Virus record (IMG/VR): IMGVR_UViG_3300027772_001168
Location: 1 to 44,299 of that record
Length of the DNA stretch: 44,299 nt
Reading direction: 5' to 3' (one strand)
Origin: a virus
Lineage: Duplodnaviria; Caudoviricetes
The notes beneath the pieces were generated by a model that was given only the letters and a program-made list of their open reading frames with translations, ran no database searches and was not told the DNA's origin. Of the stretch, positions 44,282 to 44,299 are shown piece after piece (position 1 is the first letter of the stretch; the number at the start of each line of letters is the position of its first letter). The position numbers were made by a program, and so were the translations under genes.

Positions 44282-44299
44282 ATGTTGAGTAAAGCACAT

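Noticed and set aside
1-44299. Stop-codon reassignment or selenocysteine recoding
   Set aside because: Genes are full length under code 11, TAA, TAG and TGA all end genes, and no suppressor tRNA was found.

Overview
This 44.3-kb window is most consistent with part of a large tailed-phage (T4-like or jumbo, probably aquatic) genome. The evidence is dense overlapping genes, a tail-fibre-like gene, a tRNA array and phage-type small ORFs, and it reads in the standard genetic code. There are three zones. (1) 1-3.1 kb: small minus-strand genes under sigma70-type promoters, including IF-1 and a non-canonical tRNA-like RNA. (2) 3.1-33.1 kb: a ~30-kb tailoring-enzyme island next to a tail-fibre gene. 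It holds 11 radical SAM proteins, ~10 2OG-Fe(II)/AspH-like oxygenases, a methyltransferase, a PP-loop ATPase, an amidinotransferase, a PLP enzyme, an adenylate-forming enzyme and nucleotide-sugar enzymes. It is arranged in alternating-strand blocks, with TAA(A/G)TA motifs 4-5 nt before several start codons. (3) 35.1-44.3 kb: an RNA-repair-like island with a metallophosphoesterase, P-loop kinase, CX5R phosphatase, DRB0094-type RNA ligase and a Ro60/TROVE-like DUF2828 vWA protein, followed by tRNAs and RpoZ. The most striking unannotated signal lies directly upstream of the Ro60-like gene: four tandem non-coding units that share a covarying 7-bp terminal stem, an invariant ACAGCAA and a CUGU tail. 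They carry variable cargo, some of which mimics tRNA anticodon arms. This is a candidate phage Ro60/Y-RNA-like system. All family calls come from motif recognition by eye; no searches were run.
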